This document shows positions 8,549-19,900 of a DNA stretch of 28,716 nt, piece after piece (within the stretch, counting starts at the first letter, position 1; each line of letters begins with the position of its first letter). The translations under genes were made by a program, and so were the position numbers. Under the pieces are notes generated by a model. That model was not told the origin of the DNA. It saw nothing but the letters and a program-made list of their open reading frames with translations, and did not search any database. The stretch comes from Candidatus Woesearchaeota archaeon (lineage in GTDB: Archaea > Nanobdellota > Nanobdellia > Woesearchaeales > SKGA01): positions 1 to 28,716 of the forward strand of contig JAFGOT010000033.1 of assembly GCA_016926395.1 (NCBI GenBank), in the 5' to 3' direction.

Positions 8549-9406
8549 ATGGCAATAATTACAAACATAGAACACGAACTGTTAATATCACTATATATTG
8601 CCACCACAATAATAATTTTCTCAATCGCACTAGATAGAGTTTTAAGATTCATAATAAACAGAAAAATAGAGAAAAGCGAAAGAGATCAAAAAGGTAACAA
8701 AACAAAATATCAATTTATCAAAAATTCTCTTACTGCATTAATCTATATTGTTGGAATTTCATTAGCAATCTATAACATCCCTCAACTTCGAGCAGTGTCA
8801 GTTTCATTACTTGCAGGAGCAGGTGTTATGGCAGTTGCAATTGGTTTTGCATCTCAACACGCATTATCTAACATCATTAGCGGAGTATTTATAGTTATTT
8901 TCAAACCATTTAAGATAGGGGATAGAATTAAAGTGGGGGCAGATGACCCTGGAATTGTTGAAGACATAACTTTACGACACACAGTAATAAGAACTTTTGA
9001 GAATAAACGAATTGTAATACCTAATTCAATCATAAGCGAAGAAAGAATAGAAAACTCTCAACTAGTAGATGATAAAGTTTGTAAATTTATAGAGTTTGGA
9101 ATTAGTTATGATTCTAATGTTGATTTAGCTAAATTAATCATGGAAGAAGAAGCATTAAAACACCCTTATTGTATTGATAACAGAACCATCGAAGAAAAAG
9201 AACAAGGTAAAAAACAAGTAGAAGTTAAATTAATTAGTTTTGGAGATTCATCAGTAAATCTAAGAGCATGGGTTTGGACTGAAAATCCAGGCAACGCATT
9301 TGATTTAGGTTGTGACCTTAACGAATCAATAAAGAAAAGATTTGATAAAGAAGATATAGAAATTCCATTCCCCTACAGAACAATTGTTTACAAGGATAAA
9401 AAATAG
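8549..9406 (+). CDS. mscS: Small-conductance mechanosensitive channel
   Basis: GFASQHALSNIISGVFIVIFKPFKIGDRI, VEDITLRHTVIRTFENKRIVIPNS, IEIPFP. Confidence 0.93.
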   Translation: MAIITNIEHELLISLYIATTIIIFSIALDRVLRFIINRKIEKSERDQKGNKTKYQFIKNSLTALIYIVGISLAIYNIPQLRAVSVSLLAGAGVMAVAIGFASQHALSNIISGVFIVIFKPFKIGDRIKVGADDPGIVEDITLRHTVIRTFENKRIVIPNSIISEERIENSQLVDDKVCKFIEFGISYDSNVDLAKLIMEEEALKHPYCIDNRTIEEKEQGKKQVEVKLISFGDSSVNLRAWVWTENPGNAFDLGCDLNESIKKRFDKEDIEIPFPYRTIVYKDKK

Positions 9407-9459
9407 TTTAAACAAGATTAAATAATAAAAAAATATTTTCAAACATATTTTCAAAGGAA

Positions 9460-10506
9460 ATGAAACATCACAAACACGCAAACAGAAAAATCGGACTTGC
9501 ACCAGGAACATTAGTTTATACAGGAACAGAAAAAGATTCTAAAGGAACAATTAGATTAATTGAATATAACAAAGATATCTACACTGAGAAAGAAAATGCT
9601 TCTGCTAAAGACATTCAACCAAACAACAATGTTAATTGGATTAATATAATAGGAATACATGATTTAGATTTAATTAACGCGGTGAGTGATAAATTTGAAC
9701 TACACCCCTTAGTTAGAGAAGATGTTGTTAGCACAAATCAACGATTAAAAATTGAGTCATACCCCGATTATATTTTTACAACACTAAAAAGCATCGAATA
9801 TAACGATAAAAGAATAGATTTTAAACAAATAAGTATAGTTCTTGGTAAAAATTATATAATCACATTTCTTGAAGAAGAAACTGAATGTTTAGAATACGTA
9901 AAAAAACGAATTGAAAACAAAAACGGAAGAATTCGAGAAAGAAAAGAAGATTATCTTCTTTATGCTTTAATTGATGCAATTGTGGATAGTTATTTTGTTA
10001 CACTAGAAAAAATAGGTGATGATCTTGAAGCATTAGATGAATCAATAATTCAAGAAGCTAATGAAGATAATTTTTATAAAATTCGTCAATTAAAAAAAGA
10101 GCTTACTTTCCTTAGAAAAACAATTTGGCCTCTAAGAGAGATTGCTAACTTTTTAGATAAAGAAGAACATAAATTCATAACTGAACAAACAAAAATGTTT
10201 GTTAAAGATTTATATGACCACACAATTCAAGTAATCGATCTAACAGAAACATACAGAGATTTAGTTGCGGGAAGTATAGACACTTATAATTCAGTTGTTG
10301 CAAACAGAATGAATGAAGTTATGAAAATATTAACAATCATATCAACCATTTTTATTCCAATAACATTTATTGCAGGAATATATGGTATGAATTTTGCCCA
10401 CATGCCTGAGCTTGCTTGGAAATGGAGCTATCTTGGAGTGTGGATAATTATTGTTTTAATAGTATTATTTATGATTCGGTTTTTTAGAAAAAAATCTTGG
10501 CTATAA
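9460..10506 (+). CDS. corA: Magnesium/cobalt transporter CorA
   Basis: GLAPGTLVYTG, LHPLVREDV...QRLKIE, YGMNF signature, MPELAWKWSY. Confidence 0.95.
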   Translation: MKHHKHANRKIGLAPGTLVYTGTEKDSKGTIRLIEYNKDIYTEKENASAKDIQPNNNVNWINIIGIHDLDLINAVSDKFELHPLVREDVVSTNQRLKIESYPDYIFTTLKSIEYNDKRIDFKQISIVLGKNYIITFLEEETECLEYVKKRIENKNGRIRERKEDYLLYALIDAIVDSYFVTLEKIGDDLEALDESIIQEANEDNFYKIRQLKKELTFLRKTIWPLREIANFLDKEEHKFITEQTKMFVKDLYDHTIQVIDLTETYRDLVAGSIDTYNSVVANRMNEVMKILTIISTIFIPITFIAGIYGMNFAHMPELAWKWSYLGVWIIIVLIVLFMIRFFRKKSWL

Positions 10507-10545
10507 AACAAAGATTTAAAAAACAAATTAACTCCAAAAAAAGGT

Positions 10546-11571
10546 ATGAGCAATGTTTATTTTATTCCAACTTCTAGTTTATACCAAACTACAGTAGCGG
10601 CTGAAAGATTATTAAAAACAGTTATTGAAAAAGAAAATATCCTGCTTGAACATGAAATTCCATTAAAAGTTCATTTTGGTGAGAAGGGCAACGAAACATA
10701 CATTCATCAAGAACAACTTATCAAATTAATTGATTTTCTAAAACTTCAAAATATTAAATCAGAATATATTGAAACAAACGTCCTATATCGTGGAGAACGT
10801 ATGAAAAGAGAACCACACATTAAATTAGCTAAAGAACATGGATTTACAGCCCTCCCAATAAACATTGCAGATGGAGAACAAGGAGAAGCAACAACAGAAC
10901 ACACAATTCATCAAAAGCACATTAAAGTTGCAAAACTAGCCTCGGGTTACGACAACTACAATCAAGTCATTGTTATTAGTCATTTCAAAGGCCACATGAT
11001 GGCAGGGTTTGGAGGGGCATTAAAACAATTATCAATGGGTTTTGCTTCACGTGCAGGAAAACTAGACATGCATGCTCACGCACACCCATTCTTAAATCCT
11101 ATTTCTTGCAAGAAATGTAACACTTGTAAAAACCATTGTCCAGTTGATGCGATTCACATAGGGTTTTACTCCAGAATAGATCCAAAAAAATGTATTGGTT
11201 GCGCTCAATGTATTGCTAATTGTCCATATGGAGTTATTAATATTAATTGGATGAGCACCAAACCAAAAGTTTTCCGTGAAAAAATGGTCGAATATGCATA
11301 CGCAGCACACAAAGACAGAAAAAATATTTATATTTCATTTGTTACAAGCGTAACTCCTGACTGCGATTGTATGGGTAAAAAAATGAAACCAATAATCCCT
11401 GACATTGGTGTTCTTGCCTCCGCAGATCCTGTTGCACTTGACAAAGCATGTTATGATTTAGTAGCTGATAAAGGCAAAAAATTTAACGGCGTAGAACAAT
11501 TAGAATATGCTGAAAAAATTGGAATTGGAACTCAGAAATATATTCTTATTCAAATAGAAAATAAAGAATAA
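10546..11571 (+). CDS. DUF362 family Fe-S protein with a 2x[4Fe-4S] ferredoxin domain
   Basis: LKVHFGEKGN, HFKGHMMAGFGGALKQLSMG, CKKCNTCKNHCP, CIGCAQCIANCP, CDC, DPVALDKA. Confidence 0.88.
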   Translation: MSNVYFIPTSSLYQTTVAAERLLKTVIEKENILLEHEIPLKVHFGEKGNETYIHQEQLIKLIDFLKLQNIKSEYIETNVLYRGERMKREPHIKLAKEHGFTALPINIADGEQGEATTEHTIHQKHIKVAKLASGYDNYNQVIVISHFKGHMMAGFGGALKQLSMGFASRAGKLDMHAHAHPFLNPISCKKCNTCKNHCPVDAIHIGFYSRIDPKKCIGCAQCIANCPYGVININWMSTKPKVFREKMVEYAYAAHKDRKNIYISFVTSVTPDCDCMGKKMKPIIPDIGVLASADPVALDKACYDLVADKGKKFNGVEQLEYAEKIGIGTQKYILIQIENKE

Positions 11572-11588
11572 AAAAGATTTAGAAAAAT

Positions 11589-12164
11589 CTAAATCTGATA
11601 TTTTTTATCAACAGAAAGACCTTTTTCTAACAAGGATTCAGCAATAATCTTTTTTGATGAAGCTACAACATTAGAAACATATATTTTACTTCGATTAGTA
11701 TAAGCACTTATTTCTTTGTATGTTAGTCCTTCATTAAAATGCATCCTAAAAATATCTCTTTTTTCATCAGGAAGATTATCAACCTCCCTATTTATCAAAG
11801 CAACTAATTGAGAATTATCAGAATCATCTACTTGTGAATTTGGATCAACTAAATTTTCATCAAAACAATACTCGCAAGAAACACTTTGATTATATTTATT
11901 AATCATCAAATTTCGAGATTTCAATAAAAGTAACTTGTAAGAGTCATATTCATTCTCTTGATTAGCAATTTTTGATTTTCGAGAATCATCCAAGAAATAT
12001 AGAAAAGTATCTTGAATTACATCCAAAGTATCATCGTTAGATAAAGAAAGAGAAGAAGCAAGATTAGATAACTCTTCATGAAGATCTTCACCATAACGAT
12101 TGTAGAGCTTACTTATTGAATCAACACGTGATTTTGCATTTGTTTCGGTTATTAAAGAGGTCAT
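11589..12164 (-). CDS. ECF (sigma-70 family) sigma factor-like protein
   Basis: Region 2-like LYNRY...DDTLDVIQDTFLYF...KSRNLMINKY and region 4-like LPDEKRDIFRMHFNEGLTYKEIS; AGGAG SD at 12171-12175. Confidence 0.75.
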   Translation of the reverse strand: MTSLITETNAKSRVDSISKLYNRYGEDLHEELSNLASSLSLSNDDTLDVIQDTFLYFLDDSRKSKIANQENEYDSYKLLLLKSRNLMINKYNQSVSCEYCFDENLVDPNSQVDDSDNSQLVALINREVDNLPDEKRDIFRMHFNEGLTYKEISAYTNRSKIYVSNVVASSKKIIAESLLEKGLSVDKKYQI

Positions 12165-12262
12165 TTTATACTCCTAAACAGTGATTAATTTAAAAACTTT
12201 CCTTTAGAAAAAACAAAAAAAGCAAAAAAAAGCAAAAAAAACAATTATTAAATTTGGTCCAT

Positions 12263-15200
12263 TTAGAAAACCCAAGATAGCCAGTTAATGAATTTTTTCC
12301 AAGTCCCTGCACTCACACATTGATCATTTGCACAGATACCGCTTGCACACTCAAAGCCATTCTCACAAGTCAAGTCACCATCTTTAAATGGAACCATATA
12401 TCCACCAGTACCACAATATCTTGCGTCTTTTCTAACGCCAACATCAAAACATTTTCCATTAACTAAACAACCAGTACAGTCAATTTCTGATTTATCAAAT
12501 TCAAATTGTTCTTTTGGAGCTTTTTCTTCTTTAGTGCCACAATCTTGTGGACAAGTTTCAGGAGTTTCTCCTAATCCTTTGTTTTCATGAACAAAACAAA
12601 CACCATCACCACATCTTGGAGTTTCTTTACAACAAGTTAAAGATGAACTCCCACAATCTAGATTTGTGTATTTTGGGTTATGTCCACAACCACGCTCAGC
12701 ACTAGTGCACACATACCCCGCCAATTCACACTCTGAAAAACCAGATTTTTTATCATCATCGGAGTTTTTATCATCAACTATTTCTAATGGTGTGTTTGCA
12801 CAGATTATCATTATTGATTGATGCGTTATAGGTTTGTGAACTATTTTTCGTCCATAAAAATAGTAATTAGTTTCGTTTTGAGGACCCATGTTTGCAAGAG
12901 AAATTTTTCTTCCAGTGTTTATCGTGCCTTCATAACTTGGTGAAACATCATCATTAAATCCATCAAAGAAAAAATCCATTCCAGTGTCGCCATTCCAAGA
13001 ATAGCCTGAACCTGCAACAACATAATATCCATCACCAAATTTAATTAGAGTTGGTTCTGTTAAAGTTACTTCATCAGTACAATAACTAGGTGCTGGAAGT
13101 ACAGGTGCATCCAAAGGATTTGATACGCAAGCGTCATCCTTACAATCACACACAACAGGATCTACAAGAATGGAACCATCAGGACCACAAGTTGTTTCCA
13201 TCATATAAGGTCCTTGATCAGTAGGTTCATCATAACTAGTTCCACAAAAATCAGCTTTCATCCCAACAACATCGCCTGTTTCTATGGAAGTAATTCTTGC
13301 CCACCCTCTTGTCATAATATCATCATTATCGCTGTTGTAACAAGTAGTTTCATCACGATAATAAAGAGGAAGATTAGTTGCAAATCCAGCAGCATTTGGT
13401 TTTCCATCATTAACGTAATTATATTCTATATCAAGCCTGTAACTTCCTGAAACAAAATTACTTGGAATATCAATGTTAAAACCAAAATGTTGCTCATTAA
13501 TACAACTTGGACAAACAGGTACGTAAAAATTTCTAGTCTCATTTGCAAGTCCTTCTAAAACAAAGTCAATTCCAGTTAATTGAAAATCATTTGTTGGCGC
13601 TGTAGTTTTTACATAAACATCAACTGGAAAACTAGTCATGTCATGATCCAATAATAAATGATCTTGACCATATATTTTTACATCGAATTTAACAATAGGA
13701 TTTTCTACAACAACTGCGTTACAATCAATATCAGACATGTCAGCAGTTGCAACAGTCAAAGTATTTTGAACTGAGTTGTAATAAGATACTTTTAATTCAT
13801 CTCCTTCTTGACAAACTAGACTATAACCTGTGTGAACCGAACCACCAAGCCAATCCGTATTAAAATCAACTGGTTGATTATCAATATACACATCACTATA
13901 TATCATAAAAGTATCAAATTTAATCATACCATCTTCTACTCTTAAGTTATTAATCTCAGGACCTTCAACAACATTAGGGTCCTCATTTATTGCATTGCCA
14001 TCAATATATATAGTCACCCGATTGTAATTGTTATTCTGTCCTGCATAAAGTATTGAATCAACATAGAAAGTATAGTTAGTTCCTGGAACAACAAAATATT
14101 CACAAGCTTCAACATCAAAAGATTCGCTTCCCGAACCAGAATAAACATTGAACGTCGCGTCCTCTTTACTATCAACAGATTCTAATTCTAATTCAAAACC
14201 ATTTACTAAAGTTACTTCTTGACTTTCTCTAAATTCTAATTTTTCTTTATCACCAGAGTAATAACAGTTTCGAATATCTTGAGTACCTTCTTTAACTGCA
14301 ACAGTCGCTTGTTCATCACCTTCATGGCCTAAATATAAGACTTCATCACCATTAGCAGAGTCGAATTCAAATTCTTCACAATAATCAACGTATTGAACAT
14401 CTCCACCTAAATTAACTTTAATAGTATCATCTTCAAAGTCAAAAACTTGAAGCCAAGTTCCATAAACATCGTCTTCAACTTCACCAGGAGTTAAAGTATA
14501 AACTGTATAATCATCTTCATCCTAACTTGGAAAATCAGACAAATCGCAATTAACAGGGACATTAGTATCTTCAAAAATTAATGCTGCTTGATTTTCAGGA
14601 CAACCTTCTTGATAAGCAACGTCAACAAGAGAAACTTTGTAATCATTTGCATCTTCAAAGATTTCGTAGTCGCCTTTAGATATTACTTTTGTTTGTCCAG
14701 CAACATCAATTATGGCTGCATCAAATCCAACACGAACTAAAGTTATATCTCGACCATCATAAACCATCTCGTCTCCTTCTGTTGCAACAACAACGTCAGA
14801 GTTGTAAGTATTATCATCAAGAGATGGACATTCAGGTTGGACTTCATATAGACATTCATAAACTGGTTTTGTAGAAGAGTAAGATTTTAGGTTTCCTCTA
14901 TCTTTCCGGTCACCAATTAATTCATCTCCAATATATTTTACATCAACAGTGTGAGGATAGAATTTTTTACAATAATTTATTCTTAGAGCATCAGTTGCTC
15001 CAAGTTCTGCACCAGAAACACCATCAAGATCAGTGAACCAAATATCTTTTGCCATATCGTAATGTTGATTTACTTTTCCTTGCCAAAAAGAAACTTTTGG
15101 AACTTTTTCCCCATAATTTGGAGCACCCCAACCATCTTGAGGATTAGTTATTTCTTCACAAAAAAATCGTACTTCATAGTCGGAACAATAACCGCCATTT

Positions 15201-15562
15201 TGTTCAGCGTTGACACACCAACAACCAGTTTTAGTAGTTGCATGAACTAACTCTCCTGTTAAATTCCAAGGCATATAATCTGTTTTTCGTCTACATTCAA
15301 TATTTAGTGGTTGTTCTCCACCACAAATAGTTTCAGCTCCAAAACCATTTATATCCTCATAATCACCCGCACCACTTGGATTATCTCTATCAAGCCAAGT
15401 AGTCCAAGCGCCACTTGTTTCAAAATTTACAGAAACAACATTGCCAGTTATTTTACCTGAAAAAACATCGCCTAAAAAGCCAGCACTAACAACACTAAGA
15501 CTTACAATGAACATAAACAATACCACAAAACTAAGAATGAATTTTTTCACCATATTACACAC
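12263..15562 (-). pseudogene. About 1099-codon Cys-rich surface protein gene interrupted by one in-frame TAG at 14522-14524 (nonsense allele, sequencing error or readthrough)
   Basis: ORFs 14522..15562 and 12263..14017 share a frame. The 168 codons between them are open and protein-like (DEDDYTVYTLTPGEVEDDVYGTWLQVFDF...) and contain no start codon before GTG 14017. Confidence 0.8.
15158..15406 (-). other. Mucin-2/CILP-type WxxW domain within the surface protein
   Basis: WTTWLDRDNPSGAGDYE...ICGGEQPLNIECR...GCWCVNAEQNGGYCSDYEVRFFC matches the Mucin2_WxxW pattern as I recall it. Confidence 0.8.
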
Positions 15563-15622
15563 CTTAAATATACAAAGTATATGAAAAAATAGGAAAAAAT
15601 CATATTTAAATGTTTCTTAAAC

Positions 15623-16372
15623 TCAATGAAGTAAAAGTATAAAGTAAAAGAAAAAAACAATCGTAATCATAAATATCGTTGATTCCTTCCAAAGTGTTTC
15701 CCGCCCATGTTTATGTAAACTTGGAACAAGGTCTGATAAAGCAATGTAAATAAAACCACCAGCTGCAATCAATACTGCAAAAGGAGCAACTCCTTGAATA
15801 GCATCTAATGCAAAATAACCTAAAACTCCACCAAGCACTGCACTAAGAGCAGAATAAAAATTAAGCATCAAAGCTTTTATTTTTGAATAACCACTATGAA
15901 TAAGAACTGCAAAATCTCCAAATTCTTGAGGAATCTCATGAATTAAAACAGTAAGTGTTGTAAAGATTCCAGTTATAGGATTTATTAAAAATGCACCTGC
16001 AATTAAAAGTCCATCAATAAAATTATGAACAAAATCACCATATAAAACAAGAGAACCTGAAGCCGATTTTCTCTCACAATCCCCATGTTCACGCCCACAA
16101 TGATGCCAATGAATAAATCGCTCAACTAAAAAAAAGAGTAATATTCCCAAAAGAACAAATCCCATCAATTCATGACTGTGAAATCCTGCACTTTCAAGTC
16201 CCTCAAGACTTTCAGGAATCATATCAAAAAAAGCTACTGCTAAAAGTGTCGCAGCTGCAAAAGTTACAAAATAATGTAATTTTTTCTCTATATGTTTTGA
16301 ACCAAGAATAACACCAACAAAGCTAGTTAAACTAACTAAAATCGTTGCAATTATTATATAGAGTAAAATCAT
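15623..16372 (-). CDS. ZIP family zinc/metal transporter
   Basis: AAATLLAVAFFDMIPES, HWHHCGREHG loop, GDFVHNFIDG, HEIPQEFGDF; likely start ATG 16372. Confidence 0.93.
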   Translation of the reverse strand: MILLYIIIATILVSLTSFVGVILGSKHIEKKLHYFVTFAAATLLAVAFFDMIPESLEGLESAGFHSHELMGFVLLGILLFFLVERFIHWHHCGREHGDCERKSASGSLVLYGDFVHNFIDGLLIAGAFLINPITGIFTTLTVLIHEIPQEFGDFAVLIHSGYSKIKALMLNFYSALSAVLGGVLGYFALDAIQGVAPFAVLIAAGGFIYIALSDLVPSLHKHGRETLWKESTIFMITIVFFFYFILLLH

Positions 16373-16491
16373 AGCGTTAAGGAAAGAATAATTCATTTAA
16401 AAAGGCTTCTTTGTTGTGAAACAAGAAAAAGTGGTTAAAAAAAGCGAAAAAAGGAATAAACTTTATAAATAAAGGGAATTTTTTACCATGT

Positions 16492-16932
16492 ATGAGTGGT
16501 AGTTTAAGAAAAATAGCACAATATGTAATGGTACCTGTATTGCTAACCAGTCTTAGTTCTCATTCCTTCGTTCAAGAACCAGATAAAAGAGTTCTAAACA
16601 CAATCGATAGATTAATTGAAGAAGGATACAATCCACTACCATGTACCAGTCCAGAATGTGCAACTCATTTATGGAAAAAAACTGCAGATGGAAATTATGC
16701 AAATGTCCATCAAATCGATTCAACACCATACTTTGCAGAAGTAATAAACCAAAGCAACATTGCTGCAAACAAAAAATCAGGCGGTGTAGCTCAAATGTTA
16801 AGTCAATTTCCTGAAACAACATTAGACGAAATTGATACTAACGATGATTTCAAAATCACTAATTCTGAAATACTAGCATATAGAAGAAAACTTATAGAAG
16901 AAATAGAAAATAAAAAAAGAAAAAATCTATGA
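16492..16932 (+). CDS. Exported protein with a single EF-hand-like loop
   Basis: N-terminal hydrophobic stretch; DTNDDFKITNSE fits the DxNxDxxIxxxE loop; TTTATAAA at 16462-16469. Confidence 0.6.
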   Translation: MSGSLRKIAQYVMVPVLLTSLSSHSFVQEPDKRVLNTIDRLIEEGYNPLPCTSPECATHLWKKTADGNYANVHQIDSTPYFAEVINQSNIAANKKSGGVAQMLSQFPETTLDEIDTNDDFKITNSEILAYRRKLIEEIENKKRKNL

Positions 16933-19900
16933 AACATAGATTACTGGTTTTTTTGTTTCCAAACCTAAATCATTACCAAGTGCAGTCAATGAAGGTAAGA
17001 CATAAGTATATCCTCCTCTAAATCGGGAAGTGTCCCCATTGTAACAATTTAATTCAGGATCTTCTGTTGCCATTAAACTTACAAAGTGTTGTTCTCCGGA
17101 ATTTGCACCTGAATAACCAAAACCAGCTTCTTTTAACGTAGCATATTCATCCTCTGTTAAAAAATACCTAGAATCAATTGTTTCAAATAAAGGTATTTCT
17201 TTACCACCAAGCTCATCAACCACAACAGTTAATTGATCGGTTAGTAAATCACTAGCACCTAAATATTTAGTAGCCAAATCCATTCCTTGAGAAACTTCAC
17301 TGAACAATTTAGTTGAAGCTAACTTAAATCTTGGGTAGATTGTAACAGCCATATAATTTGAAACTAAAACATTCTTCTCAACAGTACTTAAGTCAGGATA
17401 TTTAGAATTTAATTCAGCCATTATTTCTGCATTAATATCTTCTTGAATTGTTCGTTCAGTTAAGATGTTCGGTTTCTTTTCCCCAGTAACATCATCAACA
17501 ACAGAATAAGGTCTACCTTCAAAGTCCAAATCAATAATTAGTGAACCATCGTCGAATACATCACTTTGTATCCAAACTTGAGCTGCGACATCATAAGGAT
17601 AATAAGTTTCCATATCAACAGCAGACAGTTTATCTGGTCGCATCAGAGAAGCTAAAATAGAGTCTCTAAAGTCAGGGAATAAAGTTTTCTCATCCTTTGT
17701 CAATCTATCAAATTCAGATTCCCAGTTAGATCGTTCAGTGTTTAAGTTAGGCGTATTAATACTAGATAAGTTAAGTCCGCCTATTTTAGATTCATCAGTT
17801 ACAACTGCACCTCTAAACCATGCAGAACCACCATAGTAAAAAGGATTTGAAACAACCCAATAATCAGATATTTTTTCATTCCAATCAGATCTAGGTCTTA
17901 AATCTAGAATTTCATAACCAGTTTGTAGATATAAAAGAGAGTTTGGTTGATTGTATTTTCCACCAAGTTCATTTCCTTTAACCATACTAGTTCTCATTCC
18001 AGTAAAATATTCTGAAGTTAACTTAAAATTTAATATACCATCTTCTAAGATTTTTTTGCCTTTAATTGGTTGAACAAAACTTCCAACATCAACATCAACA
18101 TCAGGAGTACTAGATCCGTCAATTTTTCCTTTAGTTTCTTTTGACGCCAATTTAGAATTTAAAGCATCCAAATCATAAACGTATCTCAATCTTAAAGTTG
18201 AAGATGCTGAAAAAGTATTAGTTTCTCCACCACCTTCTTTTTTATCAAACTTATCAACAATTTCAAATCTCACCAAAGCATCTTTGTAAAAAGCAGTTGC
18301 TTTTCGATCAACTTTATTAACCAAAGTGGTTGAAGCATCCAGACCAGGTACTTCAACTTCACAGATGTATAAATCAAGAGGTTTAATACCATCCACATTC
18401 AAAAACATTTGGAAATCGTCTTCAGAGTAAACATCTCCTTTTGATGCTTTTTTACATTCTGTAAAACCTGATTTTTTATAATCAGTTGGAGTTCCAAAAG
18501 AAACAACTTTTCCAGGAGTGTATGATAACTCAAAACTACCAGAACCAGTAGATATAGCGCTATATGTTCCTGAACTTTTCTTTGCTCTTTTCTCTTTAAG
18601 TTTTTCAGAGAAAGATTGATATGGACAGTAAGATTCAAACTTGTTAAATTTTAAACCAGGAAGTTCCAGTTTTATTTTCAATTTAGGATCTCTTTCAAAA
18701 ACTGTTGAACCAACAACATTTTCAATACATCCATCAACCGCTAAATCAATTAAAGTTGCTTCAACAAAAACAGGCTCACTTGAAGCTACTAAAACAGTAG
18801 CTTTTTTCGAATTACCATCAGCCAAAACAGGAATAATATTTGATTGTGTTGAGAAATCTGATTTTAAAGCAGAAGACCACCATTCAAACACACCGTCTTT
18901 CATTGATTTAATTTTAACACGATCATTAACAGAGTTTAAGAAAGCAACATCTGACTGTTTTATTGCAGAGAATAAAATCATTGGTCTTGATTCTTCTAAT
19001 GATTTAGATACAGGAACTAAATCTGCAGCACCTCTAAAATTCTGTTGATTCATAACAGTTGATAAAGGATCACCTAACAATCTAAACTTATTATCGTAAC
19101 GACTTTGAGCTCGTTCTAATAAGGTGTCTGCTTCACAAGATCCTCCAGAAATACAAGATTCCAATCTAGACTCAGAAGGGACCCATTTTATATAATTTCC
19201 AAATAAAACAGATGGAAGTTCACCAGTTTTAAGGTTTGTTTCATAAGGTCGTCTTAGAACTCTTAAGAAAAATTGGCCTTGATTAGATTTAATAGAATTC
19301 TCAGAAGAAGAAATATAAATTCCTCGAGAACCTTCTCTTAAATATCTAAGCGCTAAAGGCGGTTCGTTAGAGTCAAAATCTAAAAGATTAGCATTAGTTT
19401 CAAAAAACATCAAGTTATTTTTAGATTTTTCATCAACACCTAAAGTAGGCATTCCTTTCAAACCACCATCAACATCTTTATCGCCAAGATAATAAAAAAT
19501 ATCATAATTCATGTAATTAAATTCTGTTTTAGTACAATCAGAAGATTTAGATATTTCTTGTTGAGGAAGGGAAATTAAATATTTATCTTTACCATCAACG
19601 GTTTCTTTTGTTACTCTTGGAGATTCTTTAATAGATACTTCAAAATCAACACGTCGATTAAGTCTCATCAAAACTTCTTTTCTAAGATAATCACAAGTAG
19701 CATCTGAAAAATCATCATCCAAAAGTTTACATTTGTCCCAAACAGAATCAATATAATCTTGAGTTAACTCATGAGGTTCAAAAGTTAATTTATTAGGAAC
19801 AATATAATCAGATAAATATAAGTCTATATCTTCTTGGGTTAAGTTACGTGGTTTTTCTTCACCATTAGCTTCAGAAACAATAGTTCCTGAGAAACCATAA

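Noticed and set aside
12205-12245. AAAAAAAGC tandem repeat
   Set aside because: Best explained as a poly-T terminator for the minus-strand surface-protein gene; not a CRISPR or mobile-element repeat
14906-14908. CGG codon one base from TGG (possible Trp-to-Arg decay or DGR-type mutagenesis in the split gene)
   Set aside because: CGG occurs in intact genes such as rpl39e, I cannot establish that Trp is conserved there, and no reverse transcriptase or TR/VR repeat pair is visible
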